64,000 nt of DNA from Mytilus edulis (lineage: Eukaryota). The position numbers and the translations under genes were made by a program. Below the pieces are notes generated by a model. The model made no database searches. It saw only the letters and a list, made by a program, of their open reading frames with translations, and was not told the origin of the DNA. Below, one piece after another: positions 38,699 to 50,653 of this stretch (position 1 is the stretch's first letter; every line of letters begins with the position of its first letter). The stretch covers positions 73,780,001-73,844,000 of the forward strand of contig NC_092350.1 of assembly GCF_963676685.1 (NCBI RefSeq). Reading direction: 5' to 3'.

Positions 38699-40670
38699 CC
38701 CTTCCCTTCGTCGCCAAGATTGCTCCTGCAATCTTCAGTTAAAATACAAAATGCATCATATGAAAAAAATGATTTATGTACACATATAATTTTTATATAG
38801 CAACAATTGAATAACTGATTCCTGTCAATAAAATATTACAATACATTGCGAAATAATTGAATCACTGATTCCTGTCAATAAGATATAACAATATATACAA
38901 AAAAAAAATTATGGTGAAAACATTAATTAATTTACTGATTCCTGTAATAAAACATTACTAAATATATATACATGTACATGTTCTTGGTTTGGGGAATGGT
39001 CAAGTTTAGATTGTCCATATCAGGGAAGTTCTCAGAAGTTCACTAATATTGACATGTCCAACTCTCACATACTTAATGACAATGAGCTCATTGCATACTT
39101 CATGAAGTATTTCTAGGTGCATAAAGGGGCATAACAATAGCAATATATAGCTGAAATATAAGATTATTAATATATTATCCATATCAGTCATCATCTGCAA
39201 GTTAAACACATAATTATTCAAATCATATCATCTTCTTATATAATGAACATAAAACATATTTAGACATATACATTTTTATATGATTAATCTGTGAATAATC
39301 TGGAAAGAAAATACATAATTAAAACAACAATAAAACAATAGTAATGATCTCTATCAAAACAAGCAAGCATTTAAATAAGCGAATATAAGTGTCTTCTGTA
39401 CACATATTCAATATAGACAATTAATGTTCAACAGTACAATCTTCACATTTTTCACCATTGGTAGTCAAATAAAAGTTACTAGTTTTCAACAATATTGTTT
39501 ATACATCATGATACATGTCCACCTGGTTTCTTCTATTGTTTGATCGTCATAGTAATTTTCCAGATATTATTATAAACTTCATATCACATTGTCTTTTACT
39601 CTTCATCAATATTCATGTTAGCTTAATAAAATGTTACTTCTGGTCACAAATCTCTGCTAATATTAAAATGTCACTTCAGGTCACAAATCTCTGCTAATAT
39701 TAAAATGTCACTTCGGGTCACAATAAATCTCTGCTAATAAGTTTTATAATTTCAAATAAATTGTCTTTCATTAAGTTTAAATGCACTATTTGGTCACTTC
39801 TATGGTCCACCATTTCTTCATTTTGTGGGTTCACCATTGGTAGGTCACATCTATGGGTCCACCATACATCTATGGGTCCACCAATTCTTTATCTGTGTGT
39901 CCACCATTTCTGCATTTTATGGGTCCACCATTGGTCCTTTACTTCATCAATGTAAGTGCAACCAATATTATAATCATACATGACACCAATTAACCGTAAT
40001 TTATCTCTTATCATAATTAATTCATTTGAATTGGGGAATTTTTATTTATTTATCTCTTAAATATTCACTAGAATACTACAATTTTAGGTCAGTAACTGAA
40101 CTACCTATTTATAAACATTACAATATATAACATACTACATGTAAGAATTTCTAATTCTCTTCCTTTTATATTTTATCTTAATTTCCTATACTTTCTCATC
40201 TTATTTCTAATTATTTAGCAACTGTACGCCAGTTTATTTTGTACTTTCTTATTTAGTACTCCTTAATTATTTTATCTCTTTAGTAAAAAATCTTTAAGTC
40301 ATAATAATAAAAAAACACAGCTCAAAAATAGTGATGCCTATATACAATGTATGTATAGGGACCACTTGATAGTTCTATTTGTATCATTGATAAAGTACAT
40401 TTTGTAAAATCTGAAGTAAATTTGGTTTAAAAGTACATCAGTAGATGTGCCGTCCACCTGCAATATTTAAGGATCTAATAGTAAGAACTACTAATGTAAT
40501 CAATACATTTGTCCAGCAGGATTAAATTAACAGACACTATAACTAGTCTGAATATTGTGTACTTTAACCAGAAATTCAGAACAAAAATAACATTTTTTTC
40601 AACGATACAAAAGAATATTGTCACAATGCATTTATGTATGCTCATAACATGTATAATACTACTTGAATAT

Positions 40671-43600
40671 CTAGTTATAACATCTCAACCACTCATTTTC
40701 ATATTTATTTTGGAAAATTTTAAGAAGTCCTGGGGGACAAGTTTCAAACGGTACCCACTCTGGATCATAAATATGTTTTTCCTCATAGTGTATGAAACAT
40801 TTTGGGACATTATTTTCTATTTTAAAATGTGTAATGTGAGAGCCTGTAACAAAACATGCTGGTCCCATATCTTTTGTTTGTGAATTGCCTGTAAGGGTCA
40901 GCATAATGTTACAAAACTGGTCACCATAAAAATAATCAAGCAAATTTGTAAAAGCATGCTGATCTTCCCCATTTACTCTGTTTAAAGGTTGATAATGTGA
41001 TATTCTATTATTTCTCAATATGGTTTTGACAAAAAATCTGTTATTTTCCAGTTTAACAGCTTGCACTGGAAATTTATCCCAATTTATTTTCGGTCTTTGT
41101 TTATATTTTACATCATTGTTTTGGTCTATTGCAGTTACATTTTGTGGTTCATTTGACGGTTCAAAAAATTTATGTTTGTTTTCTAGTAATGGTCTTTTTC
41201 TCTTTTTACCAGTATGCGTTCTGTTTTCATGAAATTCTCTTCTCATATTCTCTGGGATTTTATCTTGGTGTACCCATTCTGTTTTTGACATGTTTTTAAT
41301 TTTTATTTTGTAGCATAGTTTCTTCTTTACCCATGCCGATGATATAATCTTTTCAACATCATCAGGTGTAATTTGTATTTCTGTTGTAGCTTGTTGAGCA
41401 GTTTTATTTGTATTTTGCTTTTCATTTAAATTGCCAGGAAGCACTTTTTTACTTTGCTTTGAATTCTTAGATTGATTATTTTTGTTTTGATTATTCCTGG
41501 GTGCATTTTTGGGTTGAGAATTAGACATTGTGTCTGGTGTTTGATTCTCTGTGTTTTCATTCTGGACTTGTTGATTTTCATCTTCATCATCCTCATCTTC
41601 TTCAAATAGATCATCATTATCATCTAGGAGGTAGTCAGGGCGGTCTGTTTTACTGTTGAATACTTTCAGACGACTTGCATTAACTAATTTCTTTGAGATT
41701 TTGTTATCGCTGTCCCTTCTTAGCTTAAAAGTATTACAGTCTGGGGGTCCAAGATTTGTTATTGTAAATGGGCCTGTCCACCTAACTTTTAATTTTGGAC
41801 TTTCACCTTTTTTAACCTTTTTACAAAATAGCATTACTTTGTCACCAGGTAAATATGTGGGTTTTACTGCTCTTTTGTCATGCTGTGTTTTGTATTTTGC
41901 TTGTGCTCTTTTCGTGTTTTCTGCAGCAACATCCCTTGTTAATAGGAGGTCCTTAATAAATTTATTGAGGTATTCTCTATGGTTTTTAGGCAATGTTGAC
42001 TTTGGAATTAAGGCAACATCAATAGGTGCTCTCATTTCTTGTCCAAAGAGAAGGTGAAAAGGTGAGTATTGAGTAGACTGAGTAGCTGGTGTCATTCTAT
42101 AAGCCATCATTATAGGTGCTATATAGTTTGGCCAATCTGTCTGTTTTTCCAGTTGAGCTCTCAAAGATTGGACAATGAATGAGTTCATCCGTTCACATGC
42201 TGCATTTGTTTGTGGATGATATGCACTTGTATAGTGGCGTTTGATTTGGAGAAGCTCACATAAAGCTGCAACAAGCTTTGAAAGAAAATTGGCACCTTGA
42301 TCAGATACAATACAGCGTGGTGCACCAAAACGGGCAATTATCTCTCTAAACAGGATGTTGGCTACTTCTGTTGCTTCTTGTGTTCTCATGGGAAAAGCTT
42401 CACACCATTTGGATCCGCTATCAACCACCAACAATAAATAGCGATATTTTTCTGGAGTCTCTGGGAGTTCTAAAATATCCATGTGCCATCTTGAAAAAAC
42501 TTCTTCTATTGGCATTGGTTTCAATGGCAATGGATGGCTGTGTGTATTTCTTTTAGATCTTTGGCAGATTTCACAGGTCTTAATGTATGTCTTGATATCT
42601 GTATACATGTTTGGCCAGTAATATCGTTGACGTACAGCTTCATATGTCCTTTCTTCTCCTTGGTGACATCCAACAATATTGTCATGGAAAGCTTCTAAAA
42701 CCTCCTTCCGTAGGGTTCTTGGTATTGCTAGCTGCTTAACCATGTTTTGTCCTTTTGGTAGGCTTCTAGATCTTGCATTAAAAAAATGATAAAGTATACC
42801 ATTATCAATTTCGTAATGGAAGGCTTTTGCATCCAGTTGTCTAGCTTTCTGTCTTTCCTCAGGTACTTGGCCATCTAATTTGTAATTAAAAATTTCAACA
42901 AAATCTGGGCAATGTCTTTGAAGGTGCCGAAATGTTTTACGCTTCTTAAACTGTTCTGGGTCAATGTTTTCTAATGTTTCATCATCCTCATTACCAGTAT
43001 CTGTTATTGTAAGAATGTTGGGTTGCTGTTCGTCATCTCCTTTGTAATCAAATGTTATGATTTCGTACTTCTTATTGCTCATGGCTGCAACTGTTTGTTC
43101 AATTTCATTCTGCGGAAAATATTCTGGACCTATCTTTTCATACTCTCTTCTTGACAGGGCATCTGCATTATTTTTCTTCCCAGGTCTATGCATTATTTCG
43201 AAGTCATATCCTTGAAGTTCAAGTGCCCATCTACCTAGTCTCCCTTGTATATTTTTAATTGTATCTATCCAACGAACAGTTATATTATCTGTATAAACTG
43301 TAAATTTGTGTGAGGCCAAATATGGATTAAAATGTTTTATTCCCTCTTTAAGTGCTAACCCTTCTTTTTCGTTTATGTGCCATTTTTGTTCATTTTTATT
43401 CAGTGATCTACCACCATAGGCTACGACATGTTCAAGTTTTGTGTTTGGATTTAATTGTCCAAGGACATAGCCAATAGCATAATCAGAAGCGTCCACTGAC
43501 AACACAAATGGTTTCTCAAAGTCTGGGAACACTAAGATTGGAGCTGAGACAAGGCTGTGCTTCAATGTTTCGAAAGCTGCTTGACAATCTTGTGTCCAGA

Positions 43601-45359
43601 TGTATTTCTTATTTTTCTGAGTTAATTGTGTAAGTGGAGTTACAATTTTTGAGTAATTGTGCACAAATTTTCTGTAGTAATTGCATAATCCTAAGAAACT
43701 ACGTAATTGTTTGATATTTTTAGGTATTGGGTATGTTTGCACAGCAGATGTTTTTTCAGGGTTTACTTTAATACCATTTTTGGACAAAATATGACCTAAA
43801 TAATGTACTTCTTCTTTTGCAAAATGACATTTTGTTGGATTTAGTGTAAGATTTGCTTGTTTTAGTTTGTCAAAAACTAATTTTAAATGTTTCAAATGTT
43901 CTTCAAAATTTTTACTAAAAATCAAAATGTCGTCTATGTATACTAAAGCAACTTTCCAGTTCAATTCTTTTAAAACTTTTGTCATGAGCATTTGAAAAGC
44001 CATTGGTGCATTTGTTAACCCGAAACTCATTCTTTTGAATTGGTAAATACCTTGATGTGTTACAAATGCAGATTTGTGTTTTGTTTCTGGATCTAAGGGT
44101 GTCTGAAAAAATCCACTCATGAGATCCAGTACTGAATATATTACAGCTTTTGAATTAGCAACTGTGTCAAAAACATCATCTATCCTAGGAATACTAAATT
44201 TTGCCCTTAATGTGCATTTGTTAAGCCTACGATAGTCTACCGCGAACCTATACTCTTGTTTTGCATCCATATTACTTTTCTTTTTGCGAACTAATACAAT
44301 TGGGGATGACCATGGAGAGTTTGATTCCTCTATAATGTCATTTTTTAACATTATATCAATATGTTTTTCTGTTTCTTCCCTCATTTGTGGTGTTTGCCTG
44401 TAGGGCATTGATTGTACAGGTGGTGCATTACCTGTATCAATTCTGTGATAGTGGTAACTAGTTTTACCTAACTCTGAAATGTCTTTAGCAAAAACGTTTC
44501 TATTCCTTGTTAAGAGTTCAGTTAACTGTTTCCTTTGATTTGCATTTAAGTTTTCATTCATTTTTATTCCCAACTCTTTTTCAACATTTTGATATTTATT
44601 AACTTTAATAGATTTATCTATTGAATCATTATCATTTAAGGCAAAAATACCATTTTTGTCTATTTCAAAAGCCTTGGCTATTTTCTTATTCCTATATAAT
44701 TTTATACTTAATCCAGTAGGATTTAGAATTCTGTACAAAGCCTTTCCATTTTGTACATTTACTACTACTTTTGAACCAACTAAATTTTTGATATCATTTG
44801 AAAAGTTTGGTTCAAGAATTACTGTACTGTTATTGCGATGCCTAACAGAAAGCCTAACAGGTATAATAACTTCACAGTGTGGGGGAATAACTTCTACTGC
44901 TATAGTTTTAACATGTGCATAATGTTCATCCATAGTCTCTATATTATTTAAAGGTACATTCAATAGATTTTCTTGAATTGCTAAGGTATTATTTTCAAAA
45001 TTTATGTGAGCTTTATTAGCTTTAAGAAAGTCTATTCCTAAAATTATATTAAAGGTCAAATTCTCAAGCACTGTTAATTCTTGATATATAATTAAATCAT
45101 CTATATTTAATTCAACATCTACTTTTCCTAAAATTGGATAGCTCATTCCACAAGCAGTAAAAATTCCAGATTGTGTACTTTTTTGTATTTTGATGTTTTT
45201 CAAACATTTTTGTAAACATTTTAATGATATACAAGAAATTGAAGCACCTGTATCAACTAACGAATCAACTGTTTTATTACCTAATTGCAAATGTATAATA
45301 TTTTTAGAAAGGGGGGCTATTAGAGCTAAGGAGGGGTCAGGATAAACTGAATTAGACAT
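40671..45359 (-). CDS. pol: Pol polyprotein: protease, RT, RNase H, integrase, C-terminal extension
   Basis: LVDTGAS; WSSPIVLV, DYRRLN, MSFGL, YIDD; VDAS, EKEGLA, YTDN, ADALSR; H..H..C..C, WHMDI, VSDQG, ERMN, WTGPF. Confidence 0.97.
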   Translation of the reverse strand: MSNSVYPDPSLALIAPLSKNIIHLQLGNKTVDSLVDTGASISCISLKCLQKCLKNIKIQKSTQSGIFTACGMSYPILGKVDVELNIDDLIIYQELTVLENLTFNIILGIDFLKANKAHINFENNTLAIQENLLNVPLNNIETMDEHYAHVKTIAVEVIPPHCEVIIPVRLSVRHRNNSTVILEPNFSNDIKNLVGSKVVVNVQNGKALYRILNPTGLSIKLYRNKKIAKAFEIDKNGIFALNDNDSIDKSIKVNKYQNVEKELGIKMNENLNANQRKQLTELLTRNRNVFAKDISELGKTSYHYHRIDTGNAPPVQSMPYRQTPQMREETEKHIDIMLKNDIIEESNSPWSSPIVLVRKKKSNMDAKQEYRFAVDYRRLNKCTLRAKFSIPRIDDVFDTVANSKAVIYSVLDLMSGFFQTPLDPETKHKSAFVTHQGIYQFKRMSFGLTNAPMAFQMLMTKVLKELNWKVALVYIDDILIFSKNFEEHLKHLKLVFDKLKQANLTLNPTKCHFAKEEVHYLGHILSKNGIKVNPEKTSAVQTYPIPKNIKQLRSFLGLCNYYRKFVHNYSKIVTPLTQLTQKNKKYIWTQDCQAAFETLKHSLVSAPILVFPDFEKPFVLSVDASDYAIGYVLGQLNPNTKLEHVVAYGGRSLNKNEQKWHINEKEGLALKEGIKHFNPYLASHKFTVYTDNITVRWIDTIKNIQGRLGRWALELQGYDFEIMHRPGKKNNADALSRREYEKIGPEYFPQNEIEQTVAAMSNKKYEIITFDYKGDDEQQPNILTITDTGNEDDETLENIDPEQFKKRKTFRHLQRHCPDFVEIFNYKLDGQVPEERQKARQLDAKAFHYEIDNGILYHFFNARSRSLPKGQNMVKQLAIPRTLRKEVLEAFHDNIVGCHQGEERTYEAVRQRYYWPNMYTDIKTYIKTCEICQRSKRNTHSHPLPLKPMPIEEVFSRWHMDILELPETPEKYRYLLLVVDSGSKWCEAFPMRTQEATEVANILFREIIARFGAPRCIVSDQGANFLSKLVAALCELLQIKRHYTSAYHPQTNAACERMNSFIVQSLRAQLEKQTDWPNYIAPIMMAYRMTPATQSTQYSPFHLLFGQEMRAPIDVALIPKSTLPKNHREYLNKFIKDLLLTRDVAAENTKRAQAKYKTQHDKRAVKPTYLPGDKVMLFCKKVKKGESPKLKVRWTGPFTITNLGPPDCNTFKLRRDSDNKISKKLVNASRLKVFNSKTDRPDYLLDDNDDLFEEDEDDEDENQQVQNENTENQTPDTMSNSQPKNAPRNNQNKNNQSKNSKQSKKVLPGNLNEKQNTNKTAQQATTEIQITPDDVEKIISSAWVKKKLCYKIKIKNMSKTEWVHQDKIPENMRREFHENRTHTGKKRKRPLLENKHKFFEPSNEPQNVTAIDQNNDVKYKQRPKINWDKFPVQAVKLENNRFFVKTILRNNRISHYQPLNRVNGEDQHAFTNLLDYFYGDQFCNIMLTLTGNSQTKDMGPACFVTGSHITHFKIENNVPKCFIHYEEKHIYDPEWVPFETCPPGLLKIFQNKYENEWLRCYN

Positions 45360-45594
45360 GTTGAGTCTTTTTTTAGAGGGAAAATCCTATTAATAGATCT
45401 TGACAACTTTAATTACAAAATAAAGTAAAATTTAAAGATTTGGTGTCATATAAGATCATAAATAAAAGGTTGACTCACCTCTGCACACTCAGGAAAATGC
45501 ACTGTTTCCTATATGGAGATATGCTGACTCTTCACAATGTCTTCAGGTATTCAGGTTTGCATCCTACGTGTATCCCTCCTTAGTACCGGAAAGC

Positions 45595-45609
45595 TGGGTC
45601 ACTCCGCCA
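45595..45609 (-). promoter_or_regulatory. Putative primer binding site TGGCGGAGTGACCCA
   Basis: Starts with TGG, 2 nt after the LTR; cognate tRNA not identified. Confidence 0.65.
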
Positions 45610-45611
45610 CG

Positions 45612-46951
45612 TATAACCAAGGCCAGTACATTGCACGTTCCTGACCTGGTTATTCATCTTGCTAGGTTGGGGGAACTAGCTGGTAGCTTTGATATGAATA
45701 CATGTCAACGTAACACAGATTCAAAGTTCAATATATAATGTTTATTAAATCAGCATTCAGTATAATAGTTTATCAATCACAATAATCACAATAATCACAT
45801 AAGTTCATGAGACATAATAAAACAGTATGTCTAATAAGTCTATAACACAAGTGTCCAATACGTGAATATATGGCAAGTGTCCCTAACTACCTGGTCAACT
45901 AATATATATTGTTTCATTATTCAATTTACATAACATTAATACTCAAAATAGCTAATTTACATAATAATGCTTATTTATCTATATTCCCAAATATCAAGTC
46001 TTTGTGACATAACTTAAATCATCTTAAAAAGTAAGAAATCCCTTTTGTATATATAGCACTTCTTTAATCCTTAATTCTCTATTGTCATTTAAGCCTCAGG
46101 GGATTACATAATAATTTGCTTTACACTTATCTAAAATTGTGAAGATTTATATTAACTATTTATCAAGTAAATTATTTCTTAAGCTAGTGCTAAATATCTT
46201 AACTAATACTAAATTATAACAATTATTCAAATTCCACATTTTAACATTCTTGCATCCAAAATATACTGGTTATACCTCCTCCACCACGTATAACCAAGGC
46301 CAGTACATTGCACGTTCCTGACCTGGTTATTCATCTTGCTAGGTTGGGGGAACTAGCTGGTAGCTTTGATATGAATACATGTCAACGTAACACAGATTCA
46401 AAGTTCAATATATAATGTTTATTAAATCAGCATTCAGTATAATAGTTTATCAATCACAATAATCACAATAATCACATAAGTTCATGAGACATAATAAAAC
46501 AGTATGTCTAATAAGTCTATAACACAAGTGTCCAATACGTGAATATATGGCAAGTGTCCCTAACTACCTGGTCAACTAATATATATTGTTTCATTATTCA
46601 ATTTACATAACATTAATACTCAAAATAGCTAATTTACATAATAATGCTTATTTATCTATATTCCCAAATATCAAGTCTTTGTGACATAACTTAAATCATC
46701 TTAAAAAGTAAGAAATCCCTTTTGTATATATAGCACTTCTTTAATCCTTAATTCTCTATTGTCATTTAAGCCTCAGGGGATTACATAATAATTTGCTTTA
46801 CACTTATCTAAAATTGTGAAGATTTATATTAACTATTTATCAAGTAAATTATTTCTTAAGCTAGTGCTAAATATCTTAACTAATACTAAATTATAACAAT
46901 TATTCAAATTCCACATTTTAACATTCTTGCATCCAAAGTATACTGGTTATA
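45612..46951 (-). repeat. Tandem pair of 5' LTRs separated by a 14 bp spacer
   Basis: 45612-46274 and 46289-46951; spacer reads CGTGGTGGAGGAGG on the minus strand. Confidence 0.92.
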
Positions 46952-47377
46952 AATAAATATGTGCAGTTTCATTTTTGAAAGCGGCATACAATATTAACAC
47001 ATAAGTCATGTAAAGATTTTAACCACATACATGGAGAAATGACTTAATAAAAAAAGTCATAAGACCGTACTTTAAACAATATTATAAATACCAGCGAAAT
47101 AATTTAGCCAGATTTACTTAACCATAAACTATATTTGAGCCCTTGCACACACATGGAGAACACATACCAACTTAATATTAAATTAAGGGAAATGACTTAT
47201 ATTATTGGAGGTTTCTCAACATCTTAGGAACGAACGAAAATTGCCCTAACTTAACGTTACTTGCCATAACGAGAAAAGAGGCAGAAATAATTTATTTAAT
47301 AATATTGGACTATCGGCTGTGTTCTTCTTCCTTTTGAAATGTCTTTTATTTAAAAAAGAATATATACATGCTGTATT

Positions 47378-48617
47378 CAGGGTTCTCGCTAAGACGCGTA
47401 TACGCGTCCTGGACGCATGGAAATCAAGCTGGACGCGTCATTTTTGACACACGTGAGTCCCTGGGACGCGTCCTCGTTTTATCCCCTAAGTCCCAGACAC
47501 ATCGTTTTCCATAGAAGATTCTTGATTCCGACTTTGTTTTGACAGGAAACTATACCGGAAGTTGACATTTTTATGATATGCGCGGAACAATATTTTTGTT
47601 GACTGATACGATTTTTTAAAAATTAAACGTATTTCATACTAAAATTTCATAATTCTATTCAAAATGATCAATAATTATGATAAAGTTACCTATAACTTTA
47701 TCGATTTTGTAATTTTACGAGTATTTGAAATGCTTGACTACTTCCACGTGTTGAACATCATGTACTTATCGATTGAAACATAGAAAGTAAAATATTTATG
47801 TGAACTTGAAAGCAAATAATAAAATATTTCGTTAATGATTCTTGGTGTATAAAATATGTCATTAAACAGTGTAGATTAAAAAAAAATACGGATGAGAATA
47901 ATTCTACTTGTCTTTGAATGATGTAACAATTTTCTCGTATTGTGCATGTTGAACATCACGATCGTAAACAAAGGTAAAAATTGTTTGGAAAATCCGAATA
48001 AAACATAATTAGAATATAATCACTATTTACCCAAGCTCATTATGTTGAACAGAGTTCACTTTATAGTTGCTTGCTTTTATTAAATATAATGATAATTATC
48101 GTGATTCAAACATCAAAGTGATTATTAACTCAGTGATTAAATTAATTAAAACTAATTAATAATAATTAATATGAACTATGTTCATACAATCGAAATTTCT
48201 TATAAATACTGGCTTGACCAACAAAATCATATCAGTATCAAAATGAGCCAGTCAAAGTTAAAGTCCTTCTTTAAAAGAAAACCTGATGACATTGAATCAT
48301 CAGTACCAAGTAAAAGACCAAGAGTCACTGACCCACTACACCAAGAATTGATAGACATAGAAAGATCTGCAGAAACAACTACGTCAGTCACTACACCAAC
48401 TAAGCCAAAGAAAGAGAGAAAGAGAGATTTATTATCAGATATAATAAAAATTATCAATCTAACACGCATCGTTCTAGTTTTATTTCTTCATATTTCTTCA
48501 TATTGAGACACAAAAAATTACATGCATCCTGGACTCATCAAAATCTGCTGGGACTCACCATTTCTAAAAGTGATGAGTCCCAGGACTCACCATGAAAAAT
48601 TCCTAGTGAGAACCCTG
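47378..48617 (+). mobile_element. Internally deleted hAT transposon
   Basis: TIR cagggttctcgcta / tagtgagaaccctg; perfect 8 bp TSD GCTGTATT; subterminal GGACGC/GGACTC repeats; remnant MSQSKLKSFFKRK. Confidence 0.9.
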
Positions 48618-49881
48618 GCTGTATTTTTTAAGACCATTTAGCATGTTTAGAGTCGTAGACATATCATACTGACTTGATATATATCATATAATATACAATT
48701 TATGGTTCAATCAATGACAGTTGGAAATCTTATTTATTGAAAAATTTTGTGAAAGAATATAAAATATTTAGACCAAGGACATTTATAAAAATATGCACCT
48801 TTCAACAAGAATACACAAAACTATTACTTTACGATTGGTCGAGTGCTCCTGTATATTTCTGTAACCTTTTCCTAAAAGATAATTTTCTTTTAAATAAATA
48901 GTGGTGTTCACGACATATTTATCCAAGATACTCTTGAGCATGTAAATGACGCTCATGCATACGCTCATGCGTATCAGCAAGTCGGACTACTTGGAACTAG
49001 TGCACCTTAAGACTATCCTGTTCGGTGCTTTATTTTAGGAGACAGTCTATACCCAAACAATCCTCCTTTATTCGTTCCATATTTATAAAGGATGTGTCGA
49101 TATAATAAAAGAAAAATACTAAACTTGTGTCATATTAATCACTTTTCAATCCGTTATCAAATGCTAATTAATCTTGTCGTGAAATTCATGGAATACTTGC
49201 CACTGAACGTTTAACATCAAACAATCAATCAAATACAAACCAGACGCGCCAATTGTTTTTAACATTAACATTACATAACAATGATCTTTTAAAATGGATT
49301 AGGCAGATAAATGAAAAGCATATACATGTATACGACATGTAAACAAACGAAACTCAACGTAAGAATATGTAACATTCAACAATAGAAAACAAATTGGAAC
49401 ACTAATGTTTACCCACAAAAATAAAATACAAGGTTGCAAAAAGACTAAGAAATTAATAACTGTTGTCTTTAAACACACGGGTATATCGGAAGAAATTTAT
49501 CGTGGATTTTATTTTTACAAAATTACTACTCCATAACAATACGTTGGAGAGTTTCGTTCGTTCGTAAACTATGATGTTGAGAAACGTTTTATAAAACAAA
49601 AAACCTACAATGCCGAACTTATTAGATGGGCATAAATGTGCACATGGCGAAACAAACTGGAAAAAGGATTTAAAACATTACACAGATTTGAGGCCTTATC
49701 TTTTTTAACGGACATAGATTTGCAAATGACGTCACGATTGAAAATCGGACACAGATTTGAGGCCGAATCTTTTTTACGGACATAGATTAGCGATGGACGT
49801 CACAATGGGGCATAAATTTGAGAAACAGACACAGATTTGAGGTCGTACACAGACCTGAGGTTTACATATATATTTATTTAG

Positions 49882-50653
49882 TAGTCAGGGGACTTACTGA
49901 AATAAGTGATTTTTAAATCACTTATTTGAGTAGCAAATTCGAGGTTTTGTCACAAATTGGGATTTTGTAGTTTTTTCAAAATTTTAAACACATAGGTTTA
50001 AATAACATCTTTTAATTAGTAAAATTAAAAATTATGAACTTTTTGCTTCTTTAAAGTAGCAAGTTTTATGCCTTTGATGCTATCATTTACCTGAAAATTC
50101 TATTTTAGTTGAAAAAATGCTATAATAATGGCTTTACATAATGAACTGATACTTTCTTAAAAGATTTTTCACAGCAGTGGGAGTATTTTTCCTGTGAAGT
50201 TCAAGGTTTCATCTTTCAGATTATGTAATAAAATTCTACTGTTCGCGATAAAAATTTCACTGTTCGGGGGTGTTGAAATTAGTGGGGGTTATTAAAAGAA
50301 TGATACTTAAAGAAGTGATTTTTGGAAGGAAATTAAGGTCTGATACTTAAACAAGTGATTTTTATGTCATTATCCTAGATTCAGTACAAGGTCATCACCT
50401 GAAATGACCTGGTCATCCTAGACAACACAGATGTTGGTTCTGATAAGTTTAGAAACATAATTAGTCCCTGGATCATTAGTATTCTATATTTAAAGCTACA
50501 CTAATATTAAATCACTTCTTCTAGTGATTTATTTGTACTACTTTAATAGGTGATTATTAAAGAAAGACAACTCTAACTTCCAACCTTTATGGAAATAATG
50601 TTACTTGAATCAGTGATTTAGAAAATCACTTGTTTAAGTAAGTCCCCTGACTG
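49882..50653. mobile_element. MITE with (C/T)AGTCAGGGGACTTACT TIR and 5 bp TSD TTTAG
   Basis: ~50 bp imperfect TIRs; TTTAG at 49877-49881 and 50654-50658; repeated AAGTGATT motif. Confidence 0.88.

Larger units (their letters stand above)
38036..46951 (-). mobile_element. Ty3/Gypsy LTR retrotransposon, gag-less, three 663 bp LTRs, TSD AATA
   Basis: LTRs at 38036-38698, 45612-46274 and 46289-46951; AATA at 38032-38035 and 46952-46955; PR-RT-RH-IN order. Confidence 0.95.
37916..49866. mobile_element. Ginger-like non-autonomous element (TGT...ACA, TSD TATA) hosting the LTR element and a hAT
   Basis: tgtaagcttca..ggcctcaaatctatgt versus acacagatttgagg..tgaggtttaca; repeated aaatctatgtcc/ggacatagattt motifs; TATA on both sides. 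Confidence 0.7.

Noticed and set aside
38036-46951. Steamer-type element
   Set aside because: Steamer has short TG...CA LTRs and a gag-pol ORF; here the LTRs are 663 bp with TA...TA ends and gag is absent.
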